Source: a bacterium (GTDB lineage Bacteria > Zhuqueibacterota > Zhuqueibacteria > Oceanimicrobiales > Oceanimicrobiaceae). Taken from it: 26,771 nucleotides of DNA. A program made the translations under genes and the position numbers. The DNA lies in the NCBI GenBank assembly GCA_046758365.1, contig JBHIAC010000027.1, forward strand, positions 1-26,771, read 5' to 3'. Each line of letters opens with the position of its first letter. Position 1 is the stretch's first letter. Shown one piece after another: positions 8,578-18,398 of the stretch. Below the pieces are notes generated by a model. It was not told the DNA's origin, searched no databases, and saw only the letters and a list, made by a program, of their open reading frames with translations.

Positions 8578-9540
8578 TTACTGGATTCCTCTCAATGCTG
8601 CCCCTACAGATATCATAAAACACTCTGTACGGGCTTGATCTACTGCTTCCTTAGCTTGGGATAGAAGCTTGACTTTTCTAAATGGATTAGCCCGATCAAT
8701 ACGGACATCATGGATATTTTGTAATCCTTCTAAGACATTGTCTTCGACCGCTTCACCATAGAGGAAAATTTCGTCTAAATCTTCAACGCTTTTACCTAAT
8801 TGGTGATCAAGAATAATTCGACGCAATTCTTTAGATATTAGACGTGTCATCGTATCTTCCTGCATCTCCATGGGGCTGTTATTGACTGGAAAGGCTATAT
8901 CCTGAGACAAATAATAGTTTTGACCTTCTAAAATCGAAAAGTGTAGTTTCTTTTCTTCAACATCAATAAGGCCGATTCTATCCTTGTTGCCATAATCGTA
9001 GTTAATTTGTAGAGCTCTTTGTGCAGAAAAGATATCGACATCCACGACTTTTAACTGCAGATTCGTATGTCTAAAAATCTCTTTTAAAAATTCAACAATT
9101 CTTTTTCGAACCACTACCACCAACATATAATTCAGGTGACCATCCAAATTAGAATTTAAATGTTCAAAGTCTACAATATATTCTTGAATGGGGGAAATAG
9201 CAAATTGACGTACCTCCCAAAATATTTGTTCTTCTAATTTATCGCCGGTTAGGTCCTTGTCTACTGGAAATTTTTTAATTAAAACCATTCGAGAATCTAA
9301 AGAAAAAGCTGCTTGTTTTACTTGTAAATTCTGCGTTTCATAAAGACGAGTAATGTCTTCGGCAAACCTTCGGGCCATATTCTTATCTGAGAAAACTTCA
9401 AAATTAAATGGCTGACGAACTCGTCCCTGGGTGATTTGACTTATTTGGAATTCATTCAGGCTCTTCCTCCCCTCAACCATCCTGAGTTGTACGCCTACTA
9501 AACTAATTCCAATTATCCCAGTGTTATCCTCCTGGGCCAT
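8578..9540 (-). CDS. pilM: Type IV pilus assembly protein PilM-like (actin/FtsA fold)
   Basis: IFWEVRQFAISPIQEYIVDF, LKVVDVDIFSAQRA, ELRRII, IFLYGE, ANPF, ISVGAALRG match the PilM pattern. ATG at 9540 follows GGAGG. Confidence 0.8.
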   Translation of the reverse strand: MAQEDNTGIIGISLVGVQLRMVEGRKSLNEFQISQITQGRVRQPFNFEVFSDKNMARRFAEDITRLYETQNLQVKQAAFSLDSRMVLIKKFPVDKDLTGDKLEEQIFWEVRQFAISPIQEYIVDFEHLNSNLDGHLNYMLVVVVRKRIVEFLKEIFRHTNLQLKVVDVDIFSAQRALQINYDYGNKDRIGLIDVEEKKLHFSILEGQNYYLSQDIAFPVNNSPMEMQEDTMTRLISKELRRIILDHQLGKSVEDLDEIFLYGEAVEDNVLEGLQNIHDVRIDRANPFRKVKLLSQAKEAVDQARTECFMISVGAALRGIQ

Positions 9541-9561
9541 TTTTACCTCCACAAAAACAGG

Positions 9562-10458
9562 TTATTGGCCTGTCTCCCAGCTTTTCTCCCCATTTTCAAT
9601 GTGTCCATGGTTCACCAATTGAAGCCCGCCAATTCTGGTTTTCATAAAATTACTTTTCACAATTTGGATATCAAAACTATCAATAGGACAATAGATGTTT
9701 AAATACTTAATAGTTGTAGTATCTATATGAACTAAGCGATAAGGTTTATTGACTGTTGGACAATCGAATAATAAATTAAGACCCTCACCCTTGTAATCTT
9801 TAAGATTCATTAGAACAAGTTTAAAATTATCAATAAGTGACTCTATATTTTCAATGACCTCCTCCGCTGTTTGCTGGGCCCCATCAAGATCACCACTTTC
9901 TATTAAATTTCGAACAATGTCCATATTCAAAGTAAATTGTTTTGAATCAATAATCACAAAAGCAGCCTTCAAATCTTTAACGGGGGTATTAGGTAGATTT
10001 ATCATCCGATCATGTAAAAATTCCACATAACTAGCCAACACGCGCGTATCCATTTTTATTTTTTGTTGCATTTGGCTCAATGAATCAATTATAATGGTAT
10101 CCAAAGCGGTTGGAATATTAGATAATATAGTATCTTCTAAGGCTTTAAATTCATATAATCTGGTAAGTACGGAGTCTATACCTCTTTTTAAAACTGAATC
10201 TATATAGGCTGTATATTCTGGACTTGTTCGCAAGAATTCAATAACCGCAGGCAAGCTATCATTATAAACGTTGTTATACTTCTGATATTGAAGCTCAGCA
10301 TTTAATATATCACTCATTTTTTCTCGGCAGATTTGAGTATTTAATTCCTCTTGGTCCGTTATTTTTTTAGGATATATAATAGAAGCAATTAGTACAGCAG
10401 ACAAAATAACAATAAGCAGTTCATAGAGAATAGACCCTTTTGCTTTCTTTTCAACCAT
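9562..10458 (-). CDS. Pilin/pseudopilin-like protein with class III signal peptide
   Basis: MVEKKAKG|SILYELLIVILSAVLIASIIYP has a basic leader, G(-1), E(+5) and a hydrophobic helix; C-terminal CP...PY...CP...HG; GAGGGAGG RBS. Confidence 0.6.
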   Translation of the reverse strand: MVEKKAKGSILYELLIVILSAVLIASIIYPKKITDQEELNTQICREKMSDILNAELQYQKYNNVYNDSLPAVIEFLRTSPEYTAYIDSVLKRGIDSVLTRLYEFKALEDTILSNIPTALDTIIIDSLSQMQQKIKMDTRVLASYVEFLHDRMINLPNTPVKDLKAAFVIIDSKQFTLNMDIVRNLIESGDLDGAQQTAEEVIENIESLIDNFKLVLMNLKDYKGEGLNLLFDCPTVNKPYRLVHIDTTTIKYLNIYCPIDSFDIQIVKSNFMKTRIGGLQLVNHGHIENGEKSWETGQ

Positions 10459-10494
10459 TTCTCCTCCCTCACTTTAGGATTTTGGTGTTTTAAT

Positions 10495-11022
10495 TCATTT
10501 TAAGACTATATATGGCTCAATTTTTTTTAAGGTTGCAGTTCCTATTCCATTAACTTCCTTTAACTCTTCAAGACTTTCAAACTGTCCATTTTTTTGTCGA
10601 TAATTTATAATTCTTTTTGCTAACACAGGCCCAAGCCTTGGTATATTTTGAAGTTCCTCTTGACTTGCTTTATTAATATTAATTAAAAAATTATTTTCTT
10701 TGCCATTTTTAAGGGTGTGAGTTCCTACACTTTTGGAAGACTTAATTTTTTGTAAATTGGTTGTGTGACTATCTTGACGATATATTGCATAATTATTTTG
10801 AGTAGGATTTTCAAATGATTTGTTTAGGTTAGAATAATGGTTAACCTCTGTATCATTAATTTCTTCTGCACGCTTTTTAAATTCCTCAACCATTAAGGGA
10901 TTAACATTTGGAATGGTATCCCGGGTAATAAACCGATTATAAAGAGTAACCAAGGAGCCAATCAATAAAGTAAATATAAGAAACAGAACAATTCCTTGTT
11001 CCTGTTTGGTAAATCCAAGCAT
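10495..11022 (-). CDS. comEA: ComEA-family helix-hairpin-helix DNA-binding protein
   Basis: N-terminal TM helix; ININKASQEELQNIPRLGPVLAKRIINYR...FESLEELKEVNGIG tandem HhH motifs. Confidence 0.9.
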   Translation of the reverse strand: MLGFTKQEQGIVLFLIFTLLIGSLVTLYNRFITRDTIPNVNPLMVEEFKKRAEEINDTEVNHYSNLNKSFENPTQNNYAIYRQDSHTTNLQKIKSSKSVGTHTLKNGKENNFLININKASQEELQNIPRLGPVLAKRIINYRQKNGQFESLEELKEVNGIGTATLKKIEPYIVLK

Positions 11023-11030
11023 TTTATTAT

Positions 11031-12167
11031 TTAAAAAATAGCTTCTTTAACTTTTCTTAAAAAATTCCGATCATCTTGAGGTGGTTTAGAGTGTTCACAT
11101 TGTGCCAATTCCTCTAATAGTTTTTTTTCTTTCGAGGAAAGTTTCGTTGGAGTCCAAACCACTATTCTCACCAGTTGGTCCCCTCTTCCATGGCTATGGA
11201 GCCTCGGTATCCCTTTGCTACGCATTCTTAAAATCTTACCGGTCTGAGTTCCTGCCGGGATATGCAACTTAGCTTTGCCATTAAGAGTAGGGACTTCAAC
11301 TTCGGTACCCAAGGCAACTTGGCTAAAACTTAGAGGCAAATCATATAAAATATCGTCCCCATGCCTCTCAAAATACTTGTGTTCTAATTCTTCTATAAAA
11401 ATAATAACATCCCCTGCCGGTCCACCTTTTGCTCCAACATTGCCCTCACCTCGCACCGTAATGTAATTTCCATAGGATACGCCACTTGGTATATCCACCG
11501 TAATAATACTTTCACCTTGGATCCGACCTTCACCATCACAAACTTTGCAATACTCTTTAAGGATTTTGCCTTCGCCATTACATCGTGGACAGGTGGTAAT
11601 ATTAACAAATTGACCAAATAGAGATTGCGATACTTGACGCACCTCTCCGGTTCCATGACATTGAAAACAAGGGATAGGAGAGGTACCGTCTGCCGCTCCG
11701 CTGCCCTGACAAGCATCACAAAGAACCAATTTTTTTAATTTAATTTTCTTCTGAACCCCAGTAGCAATTTCTTCTAATGGGAGTTTTAGTTTAAGTTGAA
11801 GGTCTTTTCCTCTCTTCTTTCTGGTGCCGGTACTCCCGCGTCCCATTCCAAAAAAATCACCGAAGCCAAAACTTTCAGACATAAATGTTCGAAGGGCATC
11901 GGCCAAATCAAATTCAAACCCTGTAAATCCCTCGAATCGTCCCTTTAAGCCACTATGGCCAAATCTATCATAAATTGCTCGTTTTTCATTGTCTTTTAAT
12001 ATTTCATAGGCTTCTGCGACCTCTTTAAACTTTTCTTCTGCTTGCTTATCAGATGGATTTCGGTCTGGATGATATTCCATGGCTAACTTTCTGTAAGCTT
12101 TTTTTATCTCTTCAGTACTTGCATCCTTGCGGACACCTAATATTTCATAGTAATCTCTATTAGCCAT
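11031..12167 (-). CDS. dnaJ: Chaperone DnaJ
   Basis: J-domain DYYEILGV...YHPDRN, G/F-rich region, four CxxCxGxG zinc-finger repeats. Confidence 0.98.
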   Translation of the reverse strand: MANRDYYEILGVRKDASTEEIKKAYRKLAMEYHPDRNPSDKQAEEKFKEVAEAYEILKDNEKRAIYDRFGHSGLKGRFEGFTGFEFDLADALRTFMSESFGFGDFFGMGRGSTGTRKKRGKDLQLKLKLPLEEIATGVQKKIKLKKLVLCDACQGSGAADGTSPIPCFQCHGTGEVRQVSQSLFGQFVNITTCPRCNGEGKILKEYCKVCDGEGRIQGESIITVDIPSGVSYGNYITVRGEGNVGAKGGPAGDVIIFIEELEHKYFERHGDDILYDLPLSFSQVALGTEVEVPTLNGKAKLHIPAGTQTGKILRMRSKGIPRLHSHGRGDQLVRIVVWTPTKLSSKEKKLLEELAQCEHSKPPQDDRNFLRKVKEAIF

Positions 12168-12234
12168 ACTGCAACTTATTCACAGTTCAGGGAAGACTAT
12201 TCGATCTTCGTTATTTAACAACAGAAATAAAATA

Positions 12235-12831
12235 TTATTTACTAACTAATACTTGAGAGTGGCGCAATACTCGTTCGTTCATTACATAGCCTTTTAAATG
12301 CTCCTCAACAACTGTGCCAGTAGGGTGATCATTACTATCCACTTGCATCAAGGCTTCATGTTTCTCAGGGTCAAAAATTTGACCAACAGCTTCGATGGGT
12401 TTAACTTCTCGTTTCTCTAAAACTTTCATTAAGTTTTTATAAATCAACGCCAATCCTTTTTGGAGGCTCTCACAATTATCAGTTTCCTGAATAGATTGTA
12501 TTGATCTTTCCAAATCATCAACAATAGGTAATAGTTCTGTAATCAATTCGGCATTAGCATTGATAATTAATTGTGAAAATTCTTTTTCTATTCTCTTTTT
12601 GTAATTATCAAATTCTGCTGCCTTTCTTAATAATTGATCCTTTAATTCATTACATTCCCCGCGGGATTTTTCAAGCTGCATCTTAAGATTTTTGTATTTC
12701 GAGGACGAGGAAGGCTTCTTCTGTTTAACACTCTTTTTATTCATGGAGTTATGACCATTATTATTTGAGTTATCAACACGCTCATTTTCAGATTTAGCCA
12801 TATCCTTAATTGCATTATTTTTATTTGTCAT
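12235..12831 (-). CDS. grpE: Nucleotide exchange factor GrpE
   Basis: LRKAAEFDNYKKR, LLPIVDDLERS, FDPEKHEAL, KGYVMNERVLRHSQVLV. Confidence 0.96.
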   Translation of the reverse strand: MTNKNNAIKDMAKSENERVDNSNNNGHNSMNKKSVKQKKPSSSSKYKNLKMQLEKSRGECNELKDQLLRKAAEFDNYKKRIEKEFSQLIINANAELITELLPIVDDLERSIQSIQETDNCESLQKGLALIYKNLMKVLEKREVKPIEAVGQIFDPEKHEALMQVDSNDHPTGTVVEEHLKGYVMNERVLRHSQVLVSK

Positions 12832-12853
12832 AGAACTTCAACCCGCAATATTT

Positions 12854-13894
12854 TCAACTCATTTGGGCACATAACATTTGAGTCAAAGCTTTACCCATAT
12901 AATCAACCAAGGAAATAATTTTAGCATATTGCATACGCGTAGGTCCAACCACCCCTAATGTCCCGGTTACATTACCAATATGGTAACTCGTGGTAATAAT
13001 ACTGCAATTTCTAAATAATTCTTCTTTGTTCTCTTCGCCAATTGTAATAGATATTTTATCTCCTTCTTCTTTTTCACTAAAAATGTGCAATATGATCTGT
13101 TTACTTTCTATTAATTCCAATATATTTGTAATATGTTCCTGATCAAAAAATTCTGGATTGGCCATAATATTCTGTGTGCCACCTAAATGTAAATCTTTAT
13201 ATTCTTCAAAATTGAAAAGTTTATTGGATGATTGTACTATCAGACGAATAAGCTTATCTTCCTCAATAGATATACCAGACATTCTTTTATCAATGGTTTC
13301 TTTAATTTCTTTTAGAGAAAGCCCTGATAAACGTTCATTTATAATCCAAGATGTTTCGTTCAATTGATCTCTTGAAACCCCTGATTCAATTTCCATCATG
13401 ATTGTTTTAACGAGTCCCGACTTGATGGAAAGCACCGCTAAAATTTTATTTTCAGAAATGGGAACTAATTCCATTTTCTGAAAAATACCTTGATAAAATC
13501 GAGGAGCTAATACAACGCCCAACTGACTAGAAATCTCTCCCAGCACCTGGGAAGAAGTATGTAATATCTCATCCACATCAACAGAAACTTTGCGAAGATT
13601 CTCAAAAATAAGTCGGCGTTCATTTCGGGCTAATCTTTGCACTGAAATTAGACTATCAACATAAAATCGATATCCTTTATCGGTGGGAATACGGCCAGCC
13701 GAAGTGTGTGGCTGATTTAGGTACCCCAATTCTTCAAGATCGGTCATCACATTTCTTATAGTAGCCGAACCTATGCCTAAATTGTACTTTTTTGCTAAAT
13801 ACCGCGAGCCAACGGGTTTAGCACTTTGGACAAAGCTCTCTACAACACAATTCAAAATTAATTTTTCTCTTTCTGTAAGCGAATGGGCTATCAT
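12854..13894 (-). CDS. hrcA: Heat-inducible transcription repressor HrcA
   Basis: LTEREKLIL, PVGSR, SATIRNVMTDLEELGYLNQPHTSAGRIPTDKGYRFYVD, GVVGPTRMQY. Start reassigned to the ATG at 13894 because the ORF-track extension runs through the promoter. Confidence 0.95.
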   Translation of the reverse strand: MIAHSLTEREKLILNCVVESFVQSAKPVGSRYLAKKYNLGIGSATIRNVMTDLEELGYLNQPHTSAGRIPTDKGYRFYVDSLISVQRLARNERRLIFENLRKVSVDVDEILHTSSQVLGEISSQLGVVLAPRFYQGIFQKMELVPISENKILAVLSIKSGLVKTIMMEIESGVSRDQLNETSWIINERLSGLSLKEIKETIDKRMSGISIEEDKLIRLIVQSSNKLFNFEEYKDLHLGGTQNIMANPEFFDQEHITNILELIESKQIILHIFSEKEEGDKISITIGEENKEELFRNCSIITTSYHIGNVTGTLGVVGPTRMQYAKIISLVDYMGKALTQMLCAQMS

Positions 13895-13975
13895 TATTGA
13901 AGAGTTAAACCTACTTTTATCAATAAATCCCAAACCAATCAAAATATCGGCAAAACAAAATAATAGATAAAATGT

Positions 13976-14004
13976 AAAATAATAATTTTTCCACTGTTTG
14001 TCAA
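13976..14004 (-). promoter_or_regulatory. Sigma70-type promoter for the hrcA-led gene run
   Basis: TTGACA (14004-13999), 17 nt spacer, TATTTT (13981-13976). Confidence 0.65.
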
Positions 14005-14038
14005 GCAAAAACTCGAATTGAAATAGGTTGAGGCCTTA

Positions 14039-14908
14039 TCACAAATAACGTCGTACCGCCGTAAAGCTACCTGCCAAACCTAATATGGTTCCTAAATTAG
14101 CAAGGAGAAAGTAGAGTCTCCAGTTTACTGATATAAATCCAGGTATTTCAATAGCAGCAATTTTCAAAATTGCAAACAAAAAAAGTGTTGATAGAATGCC
14201 TCCGAGAATTCCCTGAATAGTGCCTTGAATATAAAGCGGCATTTGAATGTACAATTTGGTTGCGCCAACCAACTTCATGGTTTCAATAATATTTTTTTTG
14301 GATAAAATTATCAATCGAATATTGTTTGAAACCAGAAGTAAAGCACTCAAACAAATAATAGTGCCAACTAAAAAATCAACTGCGATCGCAATTTTAATAT
14401 ATTTTTCTAAAATCACTAAATATTCACGTCGATAGACGACATCTTCCTCATTGATCTCTTCTAAAGCACTAATGTTTTGAAAAACTTCTTCAGCTCCAGA
14501 AGCCGTTCGATAACCTTCTTTTAATTTAACCCGATATGATGCTGGTAGGGGGTTGTAGCCTAATGTTTTAAAATAATCGTTTTGTTGGTCTTTAAATAGT
14601 TTTTTGAATTCTAATGCAGCCATCTCTTTCGAAATAAAAGTTAATTCTTCTACGCCTTTAATTTGTTTAATAGAATCTGCCAGTTCTTGAATTTTTAATT
14701 CATCCAATGAATCATCTAAAAAAATCTCTAATTCAACTCGACTTCTCAAGTTTTCAAAAAGGCGACCCAAATTCACTGTGATTATTAAAAATACTCCAAT
14801 TAGAATTAACGATATAGCGACAGTTACCGTGGCAACAAAGCCTGCGAATCGCGCCCTTCGAAGTCCTACAAAACCCTCTTTTAGACAAAATATTAGACTT
14901 TGAATCAA
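14039..14908 (-). CDS. ftsX: Cell division permease-like protein FtsX
   Basis: TM1, periplasmic domain with FISKEMA and NPLPASYRV, NNIRLII...IETMKLVGATKLYIQMP, three further TMs; overlaps the ftsE stop. Confidence 0.93.
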   Translation of the reverse strand: MIQSLIFCLKEGFVGLRRARFAGFVATVTVAISLILIGVFLIITVNLGRLFENLRSRVELEIFLDDSLDELKIQELADSIKQIKGVEELTFISKEMAALEFKKLFKDQQNDYFKTLGYNPLPASYRVKLKEGYRTASGAEEVFQNISALEEINEEDVVYRREYLVILEKYIKIAIAVDFLVGTIICLSALLLVSNNIRLIILSKKNIIETMKLVGATKLYIQMPLYIQGTIQGILGGILSTLFLFAILKIAAIEIPGFISVNWRLYFLLANLGTILGLAGSFTAVRRYL

Positions 14909-15555
14909 CTAAACGTCCTTCCATTCTTAATGGAAACAATCCTTTTAGCTATACCATTAACTAATTGGTAATTATGAGTCGCCATTAAAATTGCCGTCCC
15001 ACGTGCATTTACTTTCTCTAGAATATGCATGATTTCAATAGAGGTTTTAGGGTCCAAATTTCCAGTAGGTTCATCTGCTAACAAAATGAAGGGCTCGTTA
15101 ACTATGGCCCTCGCAATGGCTACCCGCTGTTGTTCGCCACCTGATAGTTCATGGGGCATTTTTCTGCTTTTATGGCTTAACCCCACTTCTGCCAAAGCCC
15201 TGAGAGACTTTTTTTTGATGTCTTTTCTTCGAGCCCCTATAACCTTTAATGCAAAAGCAACATTTTCAAAAACATCTCTATCTTCCAAAAGTTTAAAATC
15301 TTGAAAAATAATGCCCAATTCCCGACGTAGGTAAGGAATATCTCTTTTTCTAATATTCAAGGAATCATATTTATCTACAATGACATATCCTTCGACAGGG
15401 AATTCTTCCATATAGATCAATTTCAAAACCGTACTTTTTCCAGCTCCAGTTGGTCCTACAAGAAATACAAATTCGCCGTTTTGTATTTCGAGATTAATCG
15501 ATTCTAAGCCATCTCCATTAGGGTATGTCATTTTTACGTTGTGTATTTTGACCAT
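14905..15555 (-). CDS. ftsE: Cell division ATP-binding protein FtsE
   Basis: GPTGAGKST, IPYLRRELGIIFQDFKLL, LSGGEQQRVAIARA, ADEPTGNLD, MATH. Confidence 0.95.
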   Translation of the reverse strand: MVKIHNVKMTYPNGDGLESINLEIQNGEFVFLVGPTGAGKSTVLKLIYMEEFPVEGYVIVDKYDSLNIRKRDIPYLRRELGIIFQDFKLLEDRDVFENVAFALKVIGARRKDIKKKSLRALAEVGLSHKSRKMPHELSGGEQQRVAIARAIVNEPFILLADEPTGNLDPKTSIEIMHILEKVNARGTAILMATHNYQLVNGIAKRIVSIKNGRTFS

Positions 15556-15562
15556 TTCAAAT

Positions 15563-16339
15563 TTATCTAAATTTTTTTAGAACAAAATGTACCCGATCTG
15601 ACTTTTCTGTGCCAGGGTGTTTAGAAAAGCCATCATAGATACCAACGATTTTAAATTGATCCAATGGAATTATGTTCAATATTTCATCGATTCGATAAAT
15701 TCTCTGTTGGTGGAGTTCCCGAAAGGGTGCATTTGAATTCGATTCTAAAGAAATTATAAATTCGTTAATTTGTATTTTCTCTTTCTTCAAATAATCGGTT
15801 CGACGAATATATTGAAAGTTATCTGTCTGGTCTTTTTCATAAAAATTTCTAAAATTATTGCGAGAATTTTTCTCAGTGCAAATATCAAAAATAAAAACGC
15901 CCCCAGAACATAAAGCATCTGAAGCATGACGTAAAACATCATAACATGCATTTAAATTCATGCAGTAGTTCATACTATCATAAGTACAAAGACAAGCATG
16001 AAAGGGCTTTTTTACTTTAAAATTCTCCATAACTCCTTGCCAAATAGGAATACTTAATCCTCTCTTTTGAGCTTTTTCTTGGGCAATTTTAATCATATTT
16101 TCTGAGACGTCGAACCCAGCTACTTTAAAATCTAACTCTATCAATTTTAAAAGCAGATTGCCAGTTCCACAGGCAATGTCCAAAACCTCTTTCACTAGAA
16201 TATCCGCATTTAGAAAAAGGCCTTGAAGATATTGTGCCCAACGGTCATAATTAACATGTCGCATTACATAATCATAAATGAAGGCCAACTGGGAATAAGG
16301 TTTAACGTCTGTTGGTTTTTGAAGCCATTGCGATAGCAA
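15563..16339 (-). CDS. Class I SAM-dependent methyltransferase
   Basis: YSQLAFIYDYVM, VLDIACGTG, GFDVSENMI, DSMNY, GGVFIFD. TTG start overlapping the pdxA end is uncertain. Confidence 0.88.
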   Translation of the reverse strand: MLSQWLQKPTDVKPYSQLAFIYDYVMRHVNYDRWAQYLQGLFLNADILVKEVLDIACGTGNLLLKLIELDFKVAGFDVSENMIKIAQEKAQKRGLSIPIWQGVMENFKVKKPFHACLCTYDSMNYCMNLNACYDVLRHASDALCSGGVFIFDICTEKNSRNNFRNFYEKDQTDNFQYIRRTDYLKKEKIQINEFIISLESNSNAPFRELHQQRIYRIDEILNIIPLDQFKIVGIYDGFSKHPGTEKSDRVHFVLKKFR

Positions 16340-17309
16340 GTTTTATAGCCTCCACCATACTTCCTGGATCAGCGACCCCCTTTCCAGCTATATCAAAGGC
16401 CGTACCATGGTCTGGTGAGGTTCGGATTATCGGTAATCCAGCGGTATAATTTACTGTCCGACCAAAAGATTTCATTTTTAAGGGAATAAGTCCCTGATCA
16501 TGATACATGGCTAAATACGCGTCAATAGTTTGATCTTCTAAACGAGCAAATAAAGTATCGGCTGGAAAAGGGCCATTTACTTTGATTCCAAGATTTTTTG
16601 CCGCATTAATTGCTGGAGCGATAATTTCTTTCTCCTCGCTTCCAAACAGACCATCTTCACCTGCATGTGGGTTTAAAGCACACACGGCTATATTAGGATT
16701 TGGAATCTTAAATCTATTTTGTAATTCTCTTTTAAGTATCTGCAATTTTTGTAAAATTTTTTCTTTGCTGAGTAGTCGTGAGACAGTCGAAATTGGGCAA
16801 TGAGTAGTTACTAATCCTACTCTAAAATCGCCGCACATTAAAACCATAACGACGTCTTCGGTCTGAGTTTTATCTGCCAAAAATTCTGTATGTCCTGGAT
16901 AGTCATATCCAGCCAAATTAAAGGCTTTTTTTGATATCGGGGCCGTGATAATGGCGTCAACCTTTCGCTTAAGTGCCAAATTTATTGCCTTCTGCAATGC
17001 CCAACCAGCTATTCTTCCTCCGGTGGCCGTAATTTGTCCGAACTCTGGCTCGACATTTTCTCCAAGATTGGGATCCAAGACCTCAATTTCATTCTCATGC
17101 AAAACTCTCTCTCTCAAATCAGAAACCTTCATTAACTTTAACTTTTCATCAACAAATTTAAGCTGCTGAGTTAATACCGATATTGGGCCAATAATTAAAG
17201 CTCTACACTCAGTTCGAATCTCTCTCAGGGATAAAGCTTTTAAAATAATTTCAGCCCCTACACCATTAATATCCCCGATGGTTATCGCAATGCTCGGACA
17301 TTTGTTCAT
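16302..17309 (-). CDS. pdxA: 4-hydroxythreonine-4-phosphate dehydrogenase
   Basis: ITIGDINGVGAEI, TAPISK, YPGHTEFLA, LNPHAGE, GPFPADT, AMYHDQGLIP, RTSPDHGTAFDIAG. Confidence 0.96.
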   Translation of the reverse strand: MNKCPSIAITIGDINGVGAEIILKALSLREIRTECRALIIGPISVLTQQLKFVDEKLKLMKVSDLRERVLHENEIEVLDPNLGENVEPEFGQITATGGRIAGWALQKAINLALKRKVDAIITAPISKKAFNLAGYDYPGHTEFLADKTQTEDVVMVLMCGDFRVGLVTTHCPISTVSRLLSKEKILQKLQILKRELQNRFKIPNPNIAVCALNPHAGEDGLFGSEEKEIIAPAINAAKNLGIKVNGPFPADTLFARLEDQTIDAYLAMYHDQGLIPLKMKSFGRTVNYTAGLPIIRTSPDHGTAFDIAGKGVADPGSMVEAIKLAIAMASKTNRR

Positions 17310-17359
17310 TTTTACTATTTCAACTAAAAAATGATTTTAAACAATTTTATTTAAATAAT

Positions 17360-18193
17360 CTATTTTATAGCTAACAAGTAAGATCTAACCCCCTCTTTGA
17401 TCAAACTAGTTAAGAAGTTGTTTAATCTTAGAACTGTACTTAATTTATAAATAAAAAAACTAAACCGCTCCAACATCATTTCATTGAATATGTCAAACTT
17501 TTCGTTTTTTAAAATAAATCTATTAATAATATGTATAATGTAATAAAATAACACTGGAATTCGTGTTGAGTACTTTACTTCCTTTTCAAAAGTTCCATAT
17601 TCAAGAATTTGAAATCCAATTTTTTCAGCCATAGATTTCAATTCCTCAGGACGAAAAGCCGTATGAAAATAGTAATCTCCATTTACACCCATTACCCCAA
17701 ATTCTTTCATTTTACCAATATTTGTCCAAGTAGGCTTATTCCTTTTATAATTGGGGGTAGTAATGAATAAACTGCCCTGAGGTTTCAAAATGCGTAAACA
17801 TTCGGAAAGCACCTTTTGAGGAGATAGTACATGTTCTAGTATTTCAGAGCACAAAATTGAATCAAATGAATTTGAACCTAGAAATGAAAGGTTTTGAGCA
17901 TCCCCTTGAATGAAGTGGCCTTCTGGAAAACGTTCTTTAGCTTTTTTTAGAACGGCATAAGCTATATCTATTCCAACTGCTGCCCCAGGTATGTATTTTG
18001 AAATATAGAATCCTCGATTACAGCCCAGATCTAATAATTTTCCATTAAAATTATTCAAATAGTTCAATACAAACCGTTTGCGAAGCTTACCCCGGAGGGT
18101 ATCATAAACTATTTTTTCTTCTGGATAATGTTGTCCAACTGATTCGTAAAAATCACGAAAGTTTTCATTTTGTTTAAACCGTGGCGTGTTCAA
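17360..18193 (-). CDS. Class I SAM-dependent methyltransferase (Methyltransf_11-like)
   Basis: LLDLGCNRG, GIDIA, QGDAQNL, FDSILCSEILEHV, RILKPQGSLFITTPN. Confidence 0.88.
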   Translation of the reverse strand: MNTPRFKQNENFRDFYESVGQHYPEEKIVYDTLRGKLRKRFVLNYLNNFNGKLLDLGCNRGFYISKYIPGAAVGIDIAYAVLKKAKERFPEGHFIQGDAQNLSFLGSNSFDSILCSEILEHVLSPQKVLSECLRILKPQGSLFITTPNYKRNKPTWTNIGKMKEFGVMGVNGDYYFHTAFRPEELKSMAEKIGFQILEYGTFEKEVKYSTRIPVLFYYIIHIINRFILKNEKFDIFNEMMLERFSFFIYKLSTVLRLNNFLTSLIKEGVRSYLLAIK

Positions 18194-18398
18194 TACTTGT
18201 TTTAGCCAGAATTGAGATTTTTATTATCCAGCGTAAAAAATGATAAAGAAGGAGAGTTAAATTACCGGCACTTAAAAATATATTTTACCTTCTTTTATTA
18301 TGTCGATGCGATTATAAAATTATATAATTATAATCTTAGCAAAAAGTCTTATTAGTTCATAAGTTGAAATTATCTTGTTTTAGCCCCAACGTCATGTA

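Noticed and set aside
13818..13826. TTAGCACTT, resembling a CIRCE half-site
   Set aside because: Lies inside hrcA coding sequence and has no GAGTGCTAA arm 9 bp away.
13895..14008. 38-aa N-terminal extension of HrcA in the ORF track
   Set aside because: TTG start overlapping the predicted promoter; HrcA homology starts at LTERE just after Met39.
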